A stretch of DNA of 64,000 bases from Candidatus Aldehydirespiratoraceae bacterium (GCA_965205465.1 OZ242187.1:2006244-2070243), one strand, 5' to 3'. Shown: positions 34,021-44,189, counted from the stretch's first letter. Notes: a model not told the origin generated them from the sequence alone. Made by a program: numbers and translations.

Positions 34021-35298
34021 CTACTCACGGGCGTGCCCAGCCCACCAATCCTGCAACCGTCGAGCAGCCACATCACCAGCCAGCGGACCCTCAGAGACAC
34101 GCAACTCGGCCAACCATTTCATCGCCTCACCGAGTTCGCGGCCCGGCTCGATACCAAGCATGCCCGCAACCTCCAAGCCACCAAAAAATGGCGCTGGATC
34201 ATCCAAATCGGGCTCGCGGCGACGCAAGTCAACGAGTTGCGCAGCTGCCTTATCAACATCGTCGGCCCAAAGCCCGTCTGCAGAGCGCAACCCAGCCACA
34301 AACGTCAACAGATCCTCCACCGTGCGACCAGCGGGGCAACCGCCGGCAAGTTCGCGAAGCTGTCGATCCGCAAGCGTCGCCAGATCCGCCGTCAACAACT
34401 TCCGGCCCCCACTCAACAACCACCTCACCGCTCCGGCCAACCCGCCCGAGAACTTCAGCGAACGCAGATCCGGTTTGTCCACCTGCAACGCACTCAACAT
34501 CGCAGCCCAACGCATTGCCGGATCTGCCGACACCGCTCGCAAACGAGGTGCAGCAGACTCCCAGTCGTCACAGCCACCAACGACCGGCACCATCCGACCA
34601 ACCCCAGTGGCATCAATCAACTGCAAACCCGAAACCGGATCGTCGAGCAACAACAACTTCGCCAACTCATCACGAATGCGCTCCACCGAAACGATTTCCA
34701 AACGGTCAGCCTCAGCCGTCATCGCAGTCACCAGCTCCGGCACCGGTGAAAGATTGCAACTCGCGCAGAACCGGGCCGCACGCAACATCCGCAACGGATC
34801 CTCAGACAACGAAACCTCAGGCTCAAGCGGAGTGCGCAACACCGCAGCCGCCAGATCGGCTTCACCCCCGAACGGGTCCACCAACGAATGATCGGCCATA
34901 TCGATCGCCATAGCGTTGACCGTGAAATCACGCCGGGCGAGATCATCAACAATGTCATCGCCGAACACAACCGTCGGCTTACGCGAATCCGCATGATACG
35001 ACTCCGCACGGTGCGTCGTGATCTCATAGCTCTGGCCCGCGATGATGCAACCGATCGTGCCGAACCGCTCGCCCTGGAACCACACCTCATCAGCCAACTC
35101 AGCTACCAAAGCCCTGATCGCGTCAGGTCGCGCATCAGTAGTGGCGTCGAGATCCTGACCAACGTCAGAACGCTTCAAGAAGTAATCCCGCACCACTCCG
35201 CCAACCAAGAAAAACCGATAGCCGGCAGAATCAAACACCCGCGCCAACGGACCAGCCCGCTTCAACGCTGCCTCAAGCTCGTAGGTGTAGCCGGCCAC
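34021..35298 (-). CDS. cca: CCA tRNA nucleotidyltransferase / poly(A) polymerase family protein
   Basis: 'FLVGGVVRDYFL......DLD..TDA.P' and 'RDFT.NAMA' are class II nucleotidyltransferase head-domain motifs. Confidence 0.85.
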   Translation of the reverse strand: MAGYTYELEAALKRAGPLARVFDSAGYRFFLVGGVVRDYFLKRSDVGQDLDATTDARPDAIRALVAELADEVWFQGERFGTIGCIIAGQSYEITTHRAESYHADSRKPTVVFGDDIVDDLARRDFTVNAMAIDMADHSLVDPFGGEADLAAAVLRTPLEPEVSLSEDPLRMLRAARFCASCNLSPVPELVTAMTAEADRLEIVSVERIRDELAKLLLLDDPVSGLQLIDATGVGRMVPVVGGCDDWESAAPRLRAVSADPAMRWAAMLSALQVDKPDLRSLKFSGGLAGAVRWLLSGGRKLLTADLATLADRQLRELAGGCPAGRTVEDLLTFVAGLRSADGLWADDVDKAAAQLVDLRRREPDLDDPAPFFGGLEVAGMLGIEPGRELGEAMKWLAELRVSEGPLAGDVAARRLQDWWAGHARE

Positions 35299-35351
35299 AC
35301 AAAGACATTACCGGGCGCTACCCGCTCAACGGAGAGCGACGTATCGTAACA

Positions 35352-36158
35352 ATGACCATGGCCCTCACCCAGCTCACGATCGGCGACGCCAGATTCCGCG
35401 CCGGACGCTGGCAAGGCCGCGCCGATCTAGCCACCCTCGTACCGCTCAGCGCCGCCCAAACACTCGACCGCCAATCCCTCTCAACAGCCCGAAACATATT
35501 GCGAAACCAAGGTTTCCAAGCCGTGGTCACAGCCGCAGTCGCGCCACCGGAACGGGCCGCCTTCCTGCTCGACGACTTCAGCGAACGTGAACATCTCCAC
35601 CTGCTGCGCTACGACCTCCAACCACGCTTTGCCGCCAGCGGGCCAGGTGGCCAACCCCGCGGCCAACGCCTGCGACCATGGCACCGCCCCCGCCCCAGAA
35701 TCCGCCGCGGAACCAGCCGCGACTGGGACGACGTGCTCACCCTCGACAGGCAATCATTCGACGAGTTCTGGCACTTCGACCGCGACGGACTCCAAGACTC
35801 AATCGAGGCCACTCCCACCAGCCGACTCCGCATCATGCGCCGCTCCGACCACGCAGAACCGCCCGACACCAACGAAAGAAACGACAACCCCAGCAACCAA
35901 ATACTCGGCTACGCCCTCGCCGGTCACTCAGGCCGAACCGGATACCTGCAAAGACTCGCAGTCCACCCCACCTATCGGCAGCAAGGAATCGGTGCGCTGC
36001 TAGTCAACGACGCCCTCTGGTGGATCCGCCGACGCGGAGCAAGGATCGCTTGGGTCAACACCCAAAAAACCAACAACAACGCTCTGCAGCTATACAAAAA
36101 CCTCGGGTTCACCCTCCAAGAACAGCCCCTGACAGTCATGTACCGAACACTCACATGA
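35352..36158 (+). CDS. GNAT-family N-acetyltransferase
   Basis: 'YLQRLAVHPTYRQQGIGALLVNDAL.W.RRRGA....VNT...NN.AL.LY..LGF' is the acetyl-CoA-binding motif A. Confidence 0.8.
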   Translation: MTMALTQLTIGDARFRAGRWQGRADLATLVPLSAAQTLDRQSLSTARNILRNQGFQAVVTAAVAPPERAAFLLDDFSEREHLHLLRYDLQPRFAASGPGGQPRGQRLRPWHRPRPRIRRGTSRDWDDVLTLDRQSFDEFWHFDRDGLQDSIEATPTSRLRIMRRSDHAEPPDTNERNDNPSNQILGYALAGHSGRTGYLQRLAVHPTYRQQGIGALLVNDALWWIRRRGARIAWVNTQKTNNNALQLYKNLGFTLQEQPLTVMYRTLT

Positions 36159-38185
36159 TCGGTAGAGCGCGCATCGCTGCCGCGCTAGCGGCTCTGGTCC
36201 TCGTGCCACTCGCGGCCATCACGAACCTCACCGGTGCGGCCGCTCAAAACGACGGGCGCATAGACCTCGTCGCCCAAACCGCCTTCGTCGGCGACGACCC
36301 CGCAACCATCGACCTCAGAGTCATCGCCCCAGCCGATTCGACAATCCGCATACAAATCTTCGAGGCCCGCACAACCCGTGAAGACATCCGCGCCAGCTAC
36401 ACCGGCCTCGGCGAGCAAAGACCCTTCAGCAACTTCATCTGCGACGTCGACGAACCCCTCGACGAGGCCCACTGCCAACTCAACAGCACTAAAGAAATCT
36501 TCTCGATCGAGATCCCAGACGAAGAAATCGGCGAGATCCTGCGCATCAACCAAGGCGCTCTTCCCGTAGTCATCACCCTCGAAGACAACAACGGCGAGGT
36601 CATCGACACGCTCATCACCCACCTGCTTGTGCTCGAAGAGCAGCGGCGACCGACACTTCACGTCGCCTTCATCGCCGACCTGAGCGCACCGCTCGCTATC
36701 CAACCCGACCAAACCATCAACCTCGACACCCAAAACCTGTTTGCTCGAGCCGAACGAATAGCGGAACGCAACGAAATCCCCATCACCGTTGCGCTACAAC
36801 CCGAAACGTTGCAAGCACTGGCGACCAACAGCAGCGAACAGCTAACCGAGTTCACCGAGTTGATCGCCGAGCGGCCCGTACTAAACGCCCCCTGGGTCGA
36901 CCTCGATGAAGAAGCCTGGCGACTAACCGGCGACACCACCCTCATCGCTGACCAGTACAGCTACGGAGCCGACGTCATCTCAGAAATACTCGGACGCAGA
37001 CCCACAAACATCTCCAAACTCGACGCCGACGCCACGATCGAAACACTGGCACTGCTGCGCAGCAACGGCACCCAAGCCGTGCTCGTTTTACCCAACCAAA
37101 TCACCAACAGAACAACCGGTACCAGCGAATTCGCGCCGTTTCAACTGCGCGACGCCACCGGGACGGCCCTGACCGCCATCGCCATCGACACGTCGCTGCA
37201 CCAGACACTGAACCATGCCGACCCAGAACTGGCAGGCCACCGTGCACTCACCGAACTCGCAATCGAAGCAGCCAACGCCACCCTCGACAGAGCCATCCTG
37301 TTCGACTTCGATCAACTCGAACCAGCAGCACTCGAAGTGCTCCTAGACGGCATCAACGAACGCAGCAACCTCCGAACATCCCCACTCACCCGGGCACTAC
37401 AAGTACCCGTCGCCCGCGACACAGACGGGCAACCAGTCCAGGCCACCTTGACACCAACCCAAGCACCTGATCTGTCGCAGCGCGCAGCCGATATCGGAGT
37501 CACCCGAGGAACAGTCGATGCCTACGCTTCAATGGTTGCCCCGGCGCGAACACCAATCACCGCACTCGAAACGCTCATGGCCGCCGCCGCCTCAAGCAGC
37601 CTGAACGACGAACAAAGCGCCGCCTACAACCTCAGCGTGTTCGACGCAGTCCTCGCAGGAACAGCCAACATCACCATCGAACCAGCCGAACGCATCACAC
37701 TGACCGACCGACAAGCCGACCTGCGGATCACCATCCGCAACGGACAACCCCTTCCCATCACCGTCGACCTGCTGCTCAGCGCCGAAAAACTGCGCTTTTC
37801 CGATGGCGAGCGATTCAGCCAGACCCTGGTCCCCGGCGACAACGAAATCACTGTACGAGTCGAAACACTCGCCTCCGGGGACGCCAGAGTCACAGTGGCC
37901 ATAACCTCGCCCGGAGGGCAACTCGAACTCCACGAAGGCGTCATCGATATTCGCTCCACAGCAATCTCCGGACTGGGCCTAGTCATCTCGATTATCGCCC
38001 TCATCGTGCTCGGCGGATGGTGGGTCCGAACGATTCGACGCGTACGCCGCAACCGCGCCGCTGCTACCGTCGCAGCTACTGACCAAACAGCCGACGCCGA
38101 AGCAACCACAGCAGAAGCAAGCGCCGATGAGCAGTCAACCCAACCCCAGACAAACCAAACCCAGCAAAACCAGGAGGAACTGTGA
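36155..38185 (+). CDS. secreted, C-terminally TM-anchored protein (DUF6049-like; occupies the Rv3909 position)
   Basis: Its ATG at 36155 overlaps the GNAT stop (ATGA). Signal peptide 'IAAALAALVLVPLAAITNLTGAAAQ' and C-terminal TM 'GLGLVISIIALIVLGGWWV'. The family name is inferred from size, topology and synteny only. Confidence 0.65.
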   Translation: MIGRARIAAALAALVLVPLAAITNLTGAAAQNDGRIDLVAQTAFVGDDPATIDLRVIAPADSTIRIQIFEARTTREDIRASYTGLGEQRPFSNFICDVDEPLDEAHCQLNSTKEIFSIEIPDEEIGEILRINQGALPVVITLEDNNGEVIDTLITHLLVLEEQRRPTLHVAFIADLSAPLAIQPDQTINLDTQNLFARAERIAERNEIPITVALQPETLQALATNSSEQLTEFTELIAERPVLNAPWVDLDEEAWRLTGDTTLIADQYSYGADVISEILGRRPTNISKLDADATIETLALLRSNGTQAVLVLPNQITNRTTGTSEFAPFQLRDATGTALTAIAIDTSLHQTLNHADPELAGHRALTELAIEAANATLDRAILFDFDQLEPAALEVLLDGINERSNLRTSPLTRALQVPVARDTDGQPVQATLTPTQAPDLSQRAADIGVTRGTVDAYASMVAPARTPITALETLMAAAASSSLNDEQSAAYNLSVFDAVLAGTANITIEPAERITLTDRQADLRITIRNGQPLPITVDLLLSAEKLRFSDGERFSQTLVPGDNEITVRVETLASGDARVTVAITSPGGQLELHEGVIDIRSTAISGLGLVISIIALIVLGGWWVRTIRRVRRNRAAATVAATDQTADAEATTAEASADEQSTQPQTNQTQQNQEEL

Positions 38186-39009
38186 CCGTTCGAATCGTCA
38201 CCGACAGTGCCTGTGACCTTCGCGGCGACGAGGTCGACGAACTCGGCATCGAAGTCGTGCCCCTCTCGATTCGCTTCGGCGAAACCGAATACATCGACCG
38301 CGAAGAACTCAGCGTCGAGGAGTTCTACAGCAAGTTGGCGTCCGCCGACACGCTCCCCGAAACAGCCGCGCCAGCGCCAGGCCGCTTCGACCAAGCCTTC
38401 CGGCGGCAACTCGACGCCGGCGCTTCCGGCATCGTCTGCATCAACCTCTCCGCAGCCCTCTCGGCGACAATGCAGTCCGCCAAGACCGCCGCGGCAGCAA
38501 TAGACGGCGACATCCGCGTAGTCGACAGTCGCTCAATCACCGTCGGACTCGGATCGATCGTGATCGCCGCTGCAGAAATGGCTGCCGACGGAGCGACAAC
38601 GCACGAAATCGAAACCGCAGTGGTCGACCTCAGCGACCGGACACACGTATTCGGCGCGCTCGACACGCTTGACAACCTCAAAAAAGGTGGACGCATCGGA
38701 GGAGCGCAAGCCCTCGTCGGTTCGATGCTGGCGATCAAACCGATCCTCGACTTGTCAAGCGGCGAGGTCCAAGAAGCAAGCAAACAACGCACCCGCAAGA
38801 AAGCCCTAGCTTGGCTCCGCGACAAACTCGCCGAATACGACGATCCAGAGAGCCTGGCCATCATGCACGGACAAGCACCCGACCTCGACGAATTCCTAAA
38901 GATGATCGACGGGGTCGTCGACATCAGAGAGGCACGAGTCGAATTGATTGGCCCAGTCGTCGGAACCCACGGCGGACCCGGAGTCATCGGCTTCTCCCTA
39001 CAAAGCTGA
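38182..39009 (+). CDS. DegV-family fatty-acid-binding protein
   Basis: 'IVTDS.CDL.......LGI.VVPL.I.FG......D' and '...S...SATMQSA..AA' fit the DegV pattern. GTG overlaps the upstream stop. Confidence 0.9.
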   Translation: MTVRIVTDSACDLRGDEVDELGIEVVPLSIRFGETEYIDREELSVEEFYSKLASADTLPETAAPAPGRFDQAFRRQLDAGASGIVCINLSAALSATMQSAKTAAAAIDGDIRVVDSRSITVGLGSIVIAAAEMAADGATTHEIETAVVDLSDRTHVFGALDTLDNLKKGGRIGGAQALVGSMLAIKPILDLSSGEVQEASKQRTRKKALAWLRDKLAEYDDPESLAIMHGQAPDLDEFLKMIDGVVDIREARVELIGPVVGTHGGPGVIGFSLQS

Positions 39010-39045
39010 CGAACCGACTCGTACTAGGGTCGCAGTGACGCTTCC

Positions 39046-39642
39046 ATGGACGACTCGACCCTTATCAACGCTGCACAAAGAGGAGACCGACAGGCCCTCG
39101 ACCAGCTATTGCGTAGGCACCAAAGCCGCATCTACGCAGTTTGTCGACGAATAGCAGGCAACGACACCGACGCCCTCGACGCCACCCAGGAAGCACTCAT
39201 AGCCATAGTCAAGGGACTCCCCCGCTTCGACGGGCGCTCCAAGTTCTCAACCTGGATCTACCGAATCGCCACCAACGCCTGCATCGACGAACTACGCCGT
39301 CGACAACGACAGCCCACACCAGGCTTACCCGAATACGAAGAAGCCAACCCCGCCCCCATGGCTGCCAGTGCCCCCCGAGACCCCGCCGAAACAGTCACCG
39401 CTCGCATAGACATCGACAACGGACTCAAACAACTATCCCAAGAATTCCGCACCGCGGTGGTACTGCGCGACGTGGCCGGTCTCAACTACAGCGAAATCTC
39501 CGAGGTGCTCAATATCGCGCCTGGCACAGTCCGCTCGCGGATTGCCCGCGGCCGCCGCCAACTAGTCGATGTCATGAACCCCGGCAATTCAAGGAACCAA
39601 CCCACCCCCGAGAATCGTCACAACAAACAAGCCAATGAGTGA
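39046..39642 (+). CDS. ECF-type RNA polymerase sigma factor (SigM position)
   Basis: Region 2 'L..L..RH..R.YAVCRRI.GN..DA.DATQEALIAI.....RFDGRS.FSTW.YRIA.NAC.D' and region 4 'R.AVVLRDV.GL.Y.EI.EVL....GTV.SRI.RGR'. Confidence 0.9.
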   Translation: MDDSTLINAAQRGDRQALDQLLRRHQSRIYAVCRRIAGNDTDALDATQEALIAIVKGLPRFDGRSKFSTWIYRIATNACIDELRRRQRQPTPGLPEYEEANPAPMAASAPRDPAETVTARIDIDNGLKQLSQEFRTAVVLRDVAGLNYSEISEVLNIAPGTVRSRIARGRRQLVDVMNPGNSRNQPTPENRHNKQANE

Positions 39643-40672
39643 TCCAACCCCTTCCGACGACGAACTCATTTCGTCCTACATCGACGGTGAAGCGACCCTC
39701 GACGAGGTCGCTCACATCCAAGCCGACCCAGAACTGCGAGCACGCATCCAAGAATTCGAGACCGCTAGAGACTTGCTGTCCACCCCCGTAACGCCGCTAC
39801 CGGAAAGCGATGTGGACCGGCTCATCGACAACGCTCTGTGGCAAAGCACCACCAGCGACCGGATCACCGATCTATCGGCGGTCAGAGCGATGCGCAGGTT
39901 CAATCCGCAGCGACTGGCAACCATTGCCGCGACCTTGGTTCTCCTCGCCGGGGTGGTCGGCGCACTGATCGCTCTCAACAACTCGGGTAGCGGCGACAGA
40001 TTGAGCGTTAGCACCTCCGGAGACAGCCCCGAAATGGCCAACGATTATGTCGGAGATGACGGAGACGACATGGCCGAGGAGGACAGCGACATAGCCGACG
40101 ACATGGCCGACGACGGCGACATGGCCGAGTCCGGAGACGACATGGCCGAGGCGATGCCCGAAAGTGACATGGCCGAGGACGACAGCGACATGGCCGAGTC
40201 CGGAGACGACATGGCCGAGCCTAACGATTCCGGACAAAGCGCCGCAGACGACCCAACCGCGTCAACAAGCACGGTTGCAGTTGCTGACCTACGCAAGATC
40301 TACAGCCTGCTCAACATAGAGATCACCGAAAGCTACGAATCCCTCGACGAACTGATCCTCCACACCGCAGACCAATGGCGCGAGCTGATGACTACGGATT
40401 TCACCGTCCCCCAAGACGAGGGAGGTTATGAGCTGTCCGAGCAAGCTCTGGCCGCCGCCCCATGCGGCCAGAGCCTCCTCACCTTCATGCACGCCATTCC
40501 CGACATCGACGGCGTAGACGCCCTCAGAATCAGCGAGATCACCATCAACGGCATCCCAATCACCATCGCCGTTATCGGAATCTTCAGCGACCTCTCGCCA
40601 GACACCGTCTCAGTGCTGACCGCTAGCGAACCCACCTGCACCGTCGAGCAACTCGCAACCCTCACCCGCTGA
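39635..40672 (+). CDS. anti-sigma factor (single TM) with an acidic DDMAE-type repeat region
   Basis: It overlaps the sigma gene by 8 nt. N-terminal 'DDELISSYIDGEAT.DE' and TM 'LATIAATLVLLAGVVGALIAL'. Confidence 0.7.
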   Translation: MSDPTPSDDELISSYIDGEATLDEVAHIQADPELRARIQEFETARDLLSTPVTPLPESDVDRLIDNALWQSTTSDRITDLSAVRAMRRFNPQRLATIAATLVLLAGVVGALIALNNSGSGDRLSVSTSGDSPEMANDYVGDDGDDMAEEDSDIADDMADDGDMAESGDDMAEAMPESDMAEDDSDMAESGDDMAEPNDSGQSAADDPTASTSTVAVADLRKIYSLLNIEITESYESLDELILHTADQWRELMTTDFTVPQDEGGYELSEQALAAAPCGQSLLTFMHAIPDIDGVDALRISEITINGIPITIAVIGIFSDLSPDTVSVLTASEPTCTVEQLATLTR

Positions 40673-40680
40673 TCCACTTT

Positions 40681-40780
40681 CATTTCCAGACTCACCCAGG
40701 CATTTCCAGACTCACCCAGGCATTTCCAGACTCACCCAGGCATTTCCAGACTCACCCAGGCATTTCCAGACTCACCCAGG
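40681..40780. repeat. 5 perfect copies of the 20-bp unit CATTTCCAGACTCACCCAGG
   Basis: Read directly. The array starts 9 nt after the anti-sigma stop. Confidence 0.97.
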
Positions 40781-40837
40781 CCGGACGCAGTGGCTCGGGC
40801 AAAGGAGACCACTCGGAAAAGTTAGACTTCAAACACG

Positions 40838-41230
40838 ATGGACAAGACGATCACCGAGAACCGTTTGGCCTGCTACGTCCTCGGTCTACGCGAATACGAC
40901 GACGCGTTCCGGCTGCGGGTGATCCTGCACGACTTCGGAATGGTCTGGCAGCACGCCGACAGAGCCGAGCGAATCATCTTGGTCGAGGAAGAACCCGAGC
41001 CGTTCGACGAGCGCTGGGATGGTTTCTTAGCGGCCTACGTCGAACACCTCTGTTACCACGCCCAGCTGCCCACGCCAGCATGGACACAGCAAGAGAACCG
41101 CTATCTGGAGCGCATGTGGTGGCCTGCCCATTACTTCGAGTTCGAGCGCGGCTCAGTGATGATGAGTACGCCGGCGGCGTTTGAAGTACACGGCATGTGG
41201 ATAGCCGAACGTGAACTGGAAGTCGTGTGA
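40838..41230 (+). CDS. hypothetical protein (130 aa)
   Basis: Clean ORF whose stop overlaps a downstream GTG (GTGA). No motif recognised. Confidence 0.5.
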   Translation: MDKTITENRLACYVLGLREYDDAFRLRVILHDFGMVWQHADRAERIILVEEEPEPFDERWDGFLAAYVEHLCYHAQLPTPAWTQQENRYLERMWWPAHYFEFERGSVMMSTPAAFEVHGMWIAERELEVV

Positions 41231-41363
41231 CTCCCGCCTTTTCGGCATCTGAACTTCAGCAGGCACTGAGCGAACTCGCGGTCATCCTTCAACGACGCGG
41301 CAAGCGGGCGCGAATCTACAACTTATGCTGGGCAGCCCAACTGAAACCAGAGGAAAACCCCAC

Positions 41364-41669
41364 ATGTCCAAAGTGTCGATGGTCGCAACCTTCAACTGCA
41401 AAGATGGCAAGAACGACGAGATGGACGCCGCACTGGCGGCCCAGGTCGCGGTCGCAGCCGAGTTGGACGGCGTGGAGGTCTACTCGTACCACCGCGGCGA
41501 GGGCACCAACTACTCATACTTTGCGTTGTTCTCGTCGATGGAAGCGATCCAATCACAGGGCCAATCCGAAGAGCTGCAAGCCGTCATGGGAACCTTCATG
41601 GAACTGCTCGCAAGCCCCCCGCAGATGGCGATGTACTCCCCCGTCGCCGCCTCTGGTCTCGACCTATAA
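41364..41669 (+). CDS. ABM-domain (antibiotic-biosynthesis-monooxygenase-like) protein
   Basis: About 100 aa, 'VSMVATFNCKDGK.DE......A.V......GVEVYS.HRGEG.NYSYFALFSS.EA', ferredoxin-like ABM pattern. GAGGAAAA lies upstream of ATG 41364. Confidence 0.6.
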   Translation: MSKVSMVATFNCKDGKNDEMDAALAAQVAVAAELDGVEVYSYHRGEGTNYSYFALFSSMEAIQSQGQSEELQAVMGTFMELLASPPQMAMYSPVAASGLDL

Positions 41670-41689
41670 GAGCATCTGCGGCCTGTTCG

Positions 41690-42082
41690 TCATTCGGGTG
41701 CAAGAACCTCGATGTCGGCTTCGCTGATCTCCGGCCATTGCTGGTCGCAGGTCACAATCGGGCATCGGTGCACCACCCCAAACGCGACGACAACCGCATC
41801 GACCATCGGGAAGCTCCGGTTGCCGTAATCGGCGCGCAATGCTCTGGCTTGGCCGGCAACATCGTTGGTCAGCGGCTCCGTTCGAAAACCTAGCTGGTCC
41901 AGCACCTCGTCTGCTTCGTCCAACTGCCGCAAACGGCTGGGGTGAACCAGCGCCTCAGCTCTGGTCATGTTCAAGATCACAACCCCATCAGCGGTGAGAC
42001 AACGACGGATAGCGACCCGGTGAAACGGGTGCCGAGAGTCGAGCACCGCTATCGCAACATTCGCGTCAACAACAATGGTCAC
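41690..42082 (-). CDS. vapC: PIN-domain ribonuclease toxin VapC
   Basis: 'IVVDANVAIAVLD' (first acidic residue) and '...DAVVVA.....CPIVT.D' match PIN. GTG overlaps the antitoxin stop (GTGA). Confidence 0.8.
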   Translation of the reverse strand: MTIVVDANVAIAVLDSRHPFHRVAIRRCLTADGVVILNMTRAEALVHPSRLRQLDEADEVLDQLGFRTEPLTNDVAGQARALRADYGNRSFPMVDAVVVAFGVVHRCPIVTCDQQWPEISEADIEVLAPE

Positions 42083-42309
42083 CGCTCCTGAGCCTCGGCC
42101 CGCTGATCCTCCAAGTACCTGTCGGGCCAGTCGATTGCCAGGGCTTCCGCACGGGCGCAAGCCGCCTCAAGGCGAGCTTCGAGGATCTCGTCTCGATGAT
42201 CCGCCATGAAGTCCCTGATCGCCTGCTGGGTCAGACGTGACAAGTTCAATCCGACACGACGGCTCACCTCGTCCAACTCTGTCGGCAGGTAGATAGTGCG
42301 GTTCGGCAT
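42079..42309 (-). CDS. vapB: VapB-type antitoxin (ribbon-helix-helix-like)
   Basis: 76 aa, 'RTIYLPTELDEVSRRVGLNLSRLTQQAIRDF', directly upstream of and coupled to the PIN gene. Confidence 0.7.
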   Translation of the reverse strand: MPNRTIYLPTELDEVSRRVGLNLSRLTQQAIRDFMADHRDEILEARLEAACARAEALAIDWPDRYLEDQRAEAQER

Positions 42310-42369
42310 ACGTATATCTTAACCAATAGTCTACGCATACCATCGCGGGCCACGCGGGGTGCTTGAAAT

Positions 42370-42804
42370 ATGGCGCTGCCGCTAGGCTCCGAGGCCATGA
42401 ATGACGAGACCGCGCCAGTTGAGAACGACTGGATATCAGGTGTCGTCGACGCAATCGTCGACAACGTCGACAAGGTCCGCACCCACGGCACCGAAAACGC
42501 AATCCGGGTCGTGCGAGCAGTCGTCTACGGCTTAGTCGCACTGGTTTTCACCACCGCCGCGCTCACCCTGCTGATCATCATCGGAGTCCGCCTCGCCGAT
42601 GCCTACCTGCCAATCGGCTCCGGAGTGGGCGATGCAACCTGGGCCGCCCACCTTTTCATCGGCGGTCTCTTGGCGATCCTCGGCTTCGGATTCTGGCTCA
42701 ACCGCAAAATCGACGGTATGCGCTGGGTCAACTCAGCGTTGATTCTCGACGCCCTGATCATCGTCGCAATCGTCTGCTACGGCATCATCGACTCGTTCGC
42801 GTGA
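42370..42804 (+). CDS. hypothetical membrane protein (3 predicted TM segments)
   Basis: Hydrophobic stretches 'VVYGLVALVFTTAALTLLIIIGV', 'AAHLFIGGLLAILGFGFWL' and 'ALILDALIIVAIVCYGII'. Confidence 0.6.
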   Translation: MALPLGSEAMNDETAPVENDWISGVVDAIVDNVDKVRTHGTENAIRVVRAVVYGLVALVFTTAALTLLIIIGVRLADAYLPIGSGVGDATWAAHLFIGGLLAILGFGFWLNRKIDGMRWVNSALILDALIIVAIVCYGIIDSFA

Positions 42805-42840
42805 CCGCAAGTCCCACCAGCGCATGCGCCAGGAGAACCA

Positions 42841-43803
42841 ATGCCCGAAACCCATGAAGTGATCATCATCGGCTCTGGACCAGCCGGACTCACCGCCGCC
42901 CTCTACACCTCTCGTGCCAACCTCTCCCCGCTACTGCTCGAGGGCGAACCCAGCAGCACCAGCGACCAACCCGGTGGGCAACTCATGCTCACCACCGATG
43001 TAGAGAACTACCCCGGTTTCCCCGACGGCGTCATGGGCCCCGAGTTGATGGTCGACTTCAGAGCCCAAGCGCAACGGTTCGGGACTGAAATCAAGACGGT
43101 CAAAGCCACCAGAGTCGACCTCTCCGAACGCCCGTTCAAGGTTTGGGTCGGTGATCCTGAAGCTGCAGAGCCGACCTATCAAGCCAGTTGTCTGATCGTC
43201 TCAACCGGAGCTCAATCGCTGATGCTCAACCTTGAGCGCGAAATCGAACTCGTCGGTCACGGGCTCTCCACCTGTGCAACGTGCGACGGGTTCTTCTTTC
43301 GCGACCAGGAGATCGCCGTAATCGGCGGAGGCGACTCAGCCATCGAAGAAGCCAACTTCCTAACCCGCTTCGCCAGCAAAGTCACGATCATCCACCGACG
43401 TGACGCCCTACGCGCATCGAAGATCATGCAACAGCGCGCCTTCGACAACCCCAAGATCGAGTTCATCTGGGACACCGTCGTTACCGAGTACCTCGGCGAG
43501 GACTCCATCAGCGGTTTGCACCTGCGCAACGTGAAAACCGACGAGAGTTACGATTTAGCAGTAACAGGCGTCTTTATTGCGATCGGGCACCGCCCCAACA
43601 CCGACATTTTCAAGGGTCAACTCGAGATGAAAGACAATGGCTACCTGGTGACTCAACCTGACTGCGCACGCACCGACGTCGAGGGTGTTTTTGCATGTGG
43701 TGACGTGCAGGACGACATCTATCGACAGGCCGTAACCGCGGCCGGCTCCGGATGCATGGCTGCACTCGACGCCGAGCGTTGGCTTGAGGCGCAACACAGC
43801 TAG
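42841..43803 (+). CDS. trxB: thioredoxin-disulfide reductase
   Basis: '[16 protein letters not shown]', redox centre 'CATCDG', '[13 protein letters not shown]' and 'GVFA.GDV'. Confidence 0.95.
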   Translation: MPETHEVIIIGSGPAGLTAALYTSRANLSPLLLEGEPSSTSDQPGGQLMLTTDVENYPGFPDGVMGPELMVDFRAQAQRFGTEIKTVKATRVDLSERPFKVWVGDPEAAEPTYQASCLIVSTGAQSLMLNLEREIELVGHGLSTCATCDGFFFRDQEIAVIGGGDSAIEEANFLTRFASKVTIIHRRDALRASKIMQQRAFDNPKIEFIWDTVVTEYLGEDSISGLHLRNVKTDESYDLAVTGVFIAIGHRPNTDIFKGQLEMKDNGYLVTQPDCARTDVEGVFACGDVQDDIYRQAVTAAGSGCMAALDAERWLEAQHS

Positions 43804-43837
43804 AGTCTGCAACAAGCCGACTGAAAGAGAATCAACC

Positions 43838-44164
43838 ATGGCCGGATCCCTTGGAACCATCGACGACAGCACCTTCGACGAGGAGATCGGCAGCGCTACC
43901 ACGCCCGTTCTGGTCGACTTCTGGGCTGAGTGGTGCGGCCCATGCAAGATGATCGCCCCGATCCTCGAAGAAATCGCCGATGAGCAGGGTGATGCTCTCA
44001 AGATTCTCAAACTCAACGTTGACGATGCCCCTTCGATCGCTCAACGGTTCCAGGTCATGAGCATTCCTACGCTGATCCTTTTCAAGGACGGCGAGGAAGC
44101 AAAACGCATCATCGGTGCAAAGCCGAAGGGTGCTCTTCTCGACGACGTAACCCCGTTCCTGTAA
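43838..44164 (+). CDS. trxA: thioredoxin
   Basis: '[18 protein letters not shown]' carries the WCGPC active site. Confidence 0.95.
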   Translation: MAGSLGTIDDSTFDEEIGSATTPVLVDFWAEWCGPCKMIAPILEEIADEQGDALKILKLNVDDAPSIAQRFQVMSIPTLILFKDGEEAKRIIGAKPKGALLDDVTPFL

Positions 44165-44189
44165 GCGGCCGTATGCGCTCGCAAGCCGG

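Noticed and set aside
34033-34913. Three overlapping plus-strand ORFs (238-243 aa) antisense to cca
   Set aside because: They are Pro/Arg/Ser/Thr-rich shadow frames. The minus-strand product carries the nucleotidyltransferase motifs.
35678-36154. 5' part of the 835-aa track ORF 35678..38185
   Set aside because: This part overlaps the GNAT gene in another frame and encodes a Pro/Arg-rich non-protein-like sequence. A signal peptide begins at ATG 36155, which is coupled to the GNAT stop.
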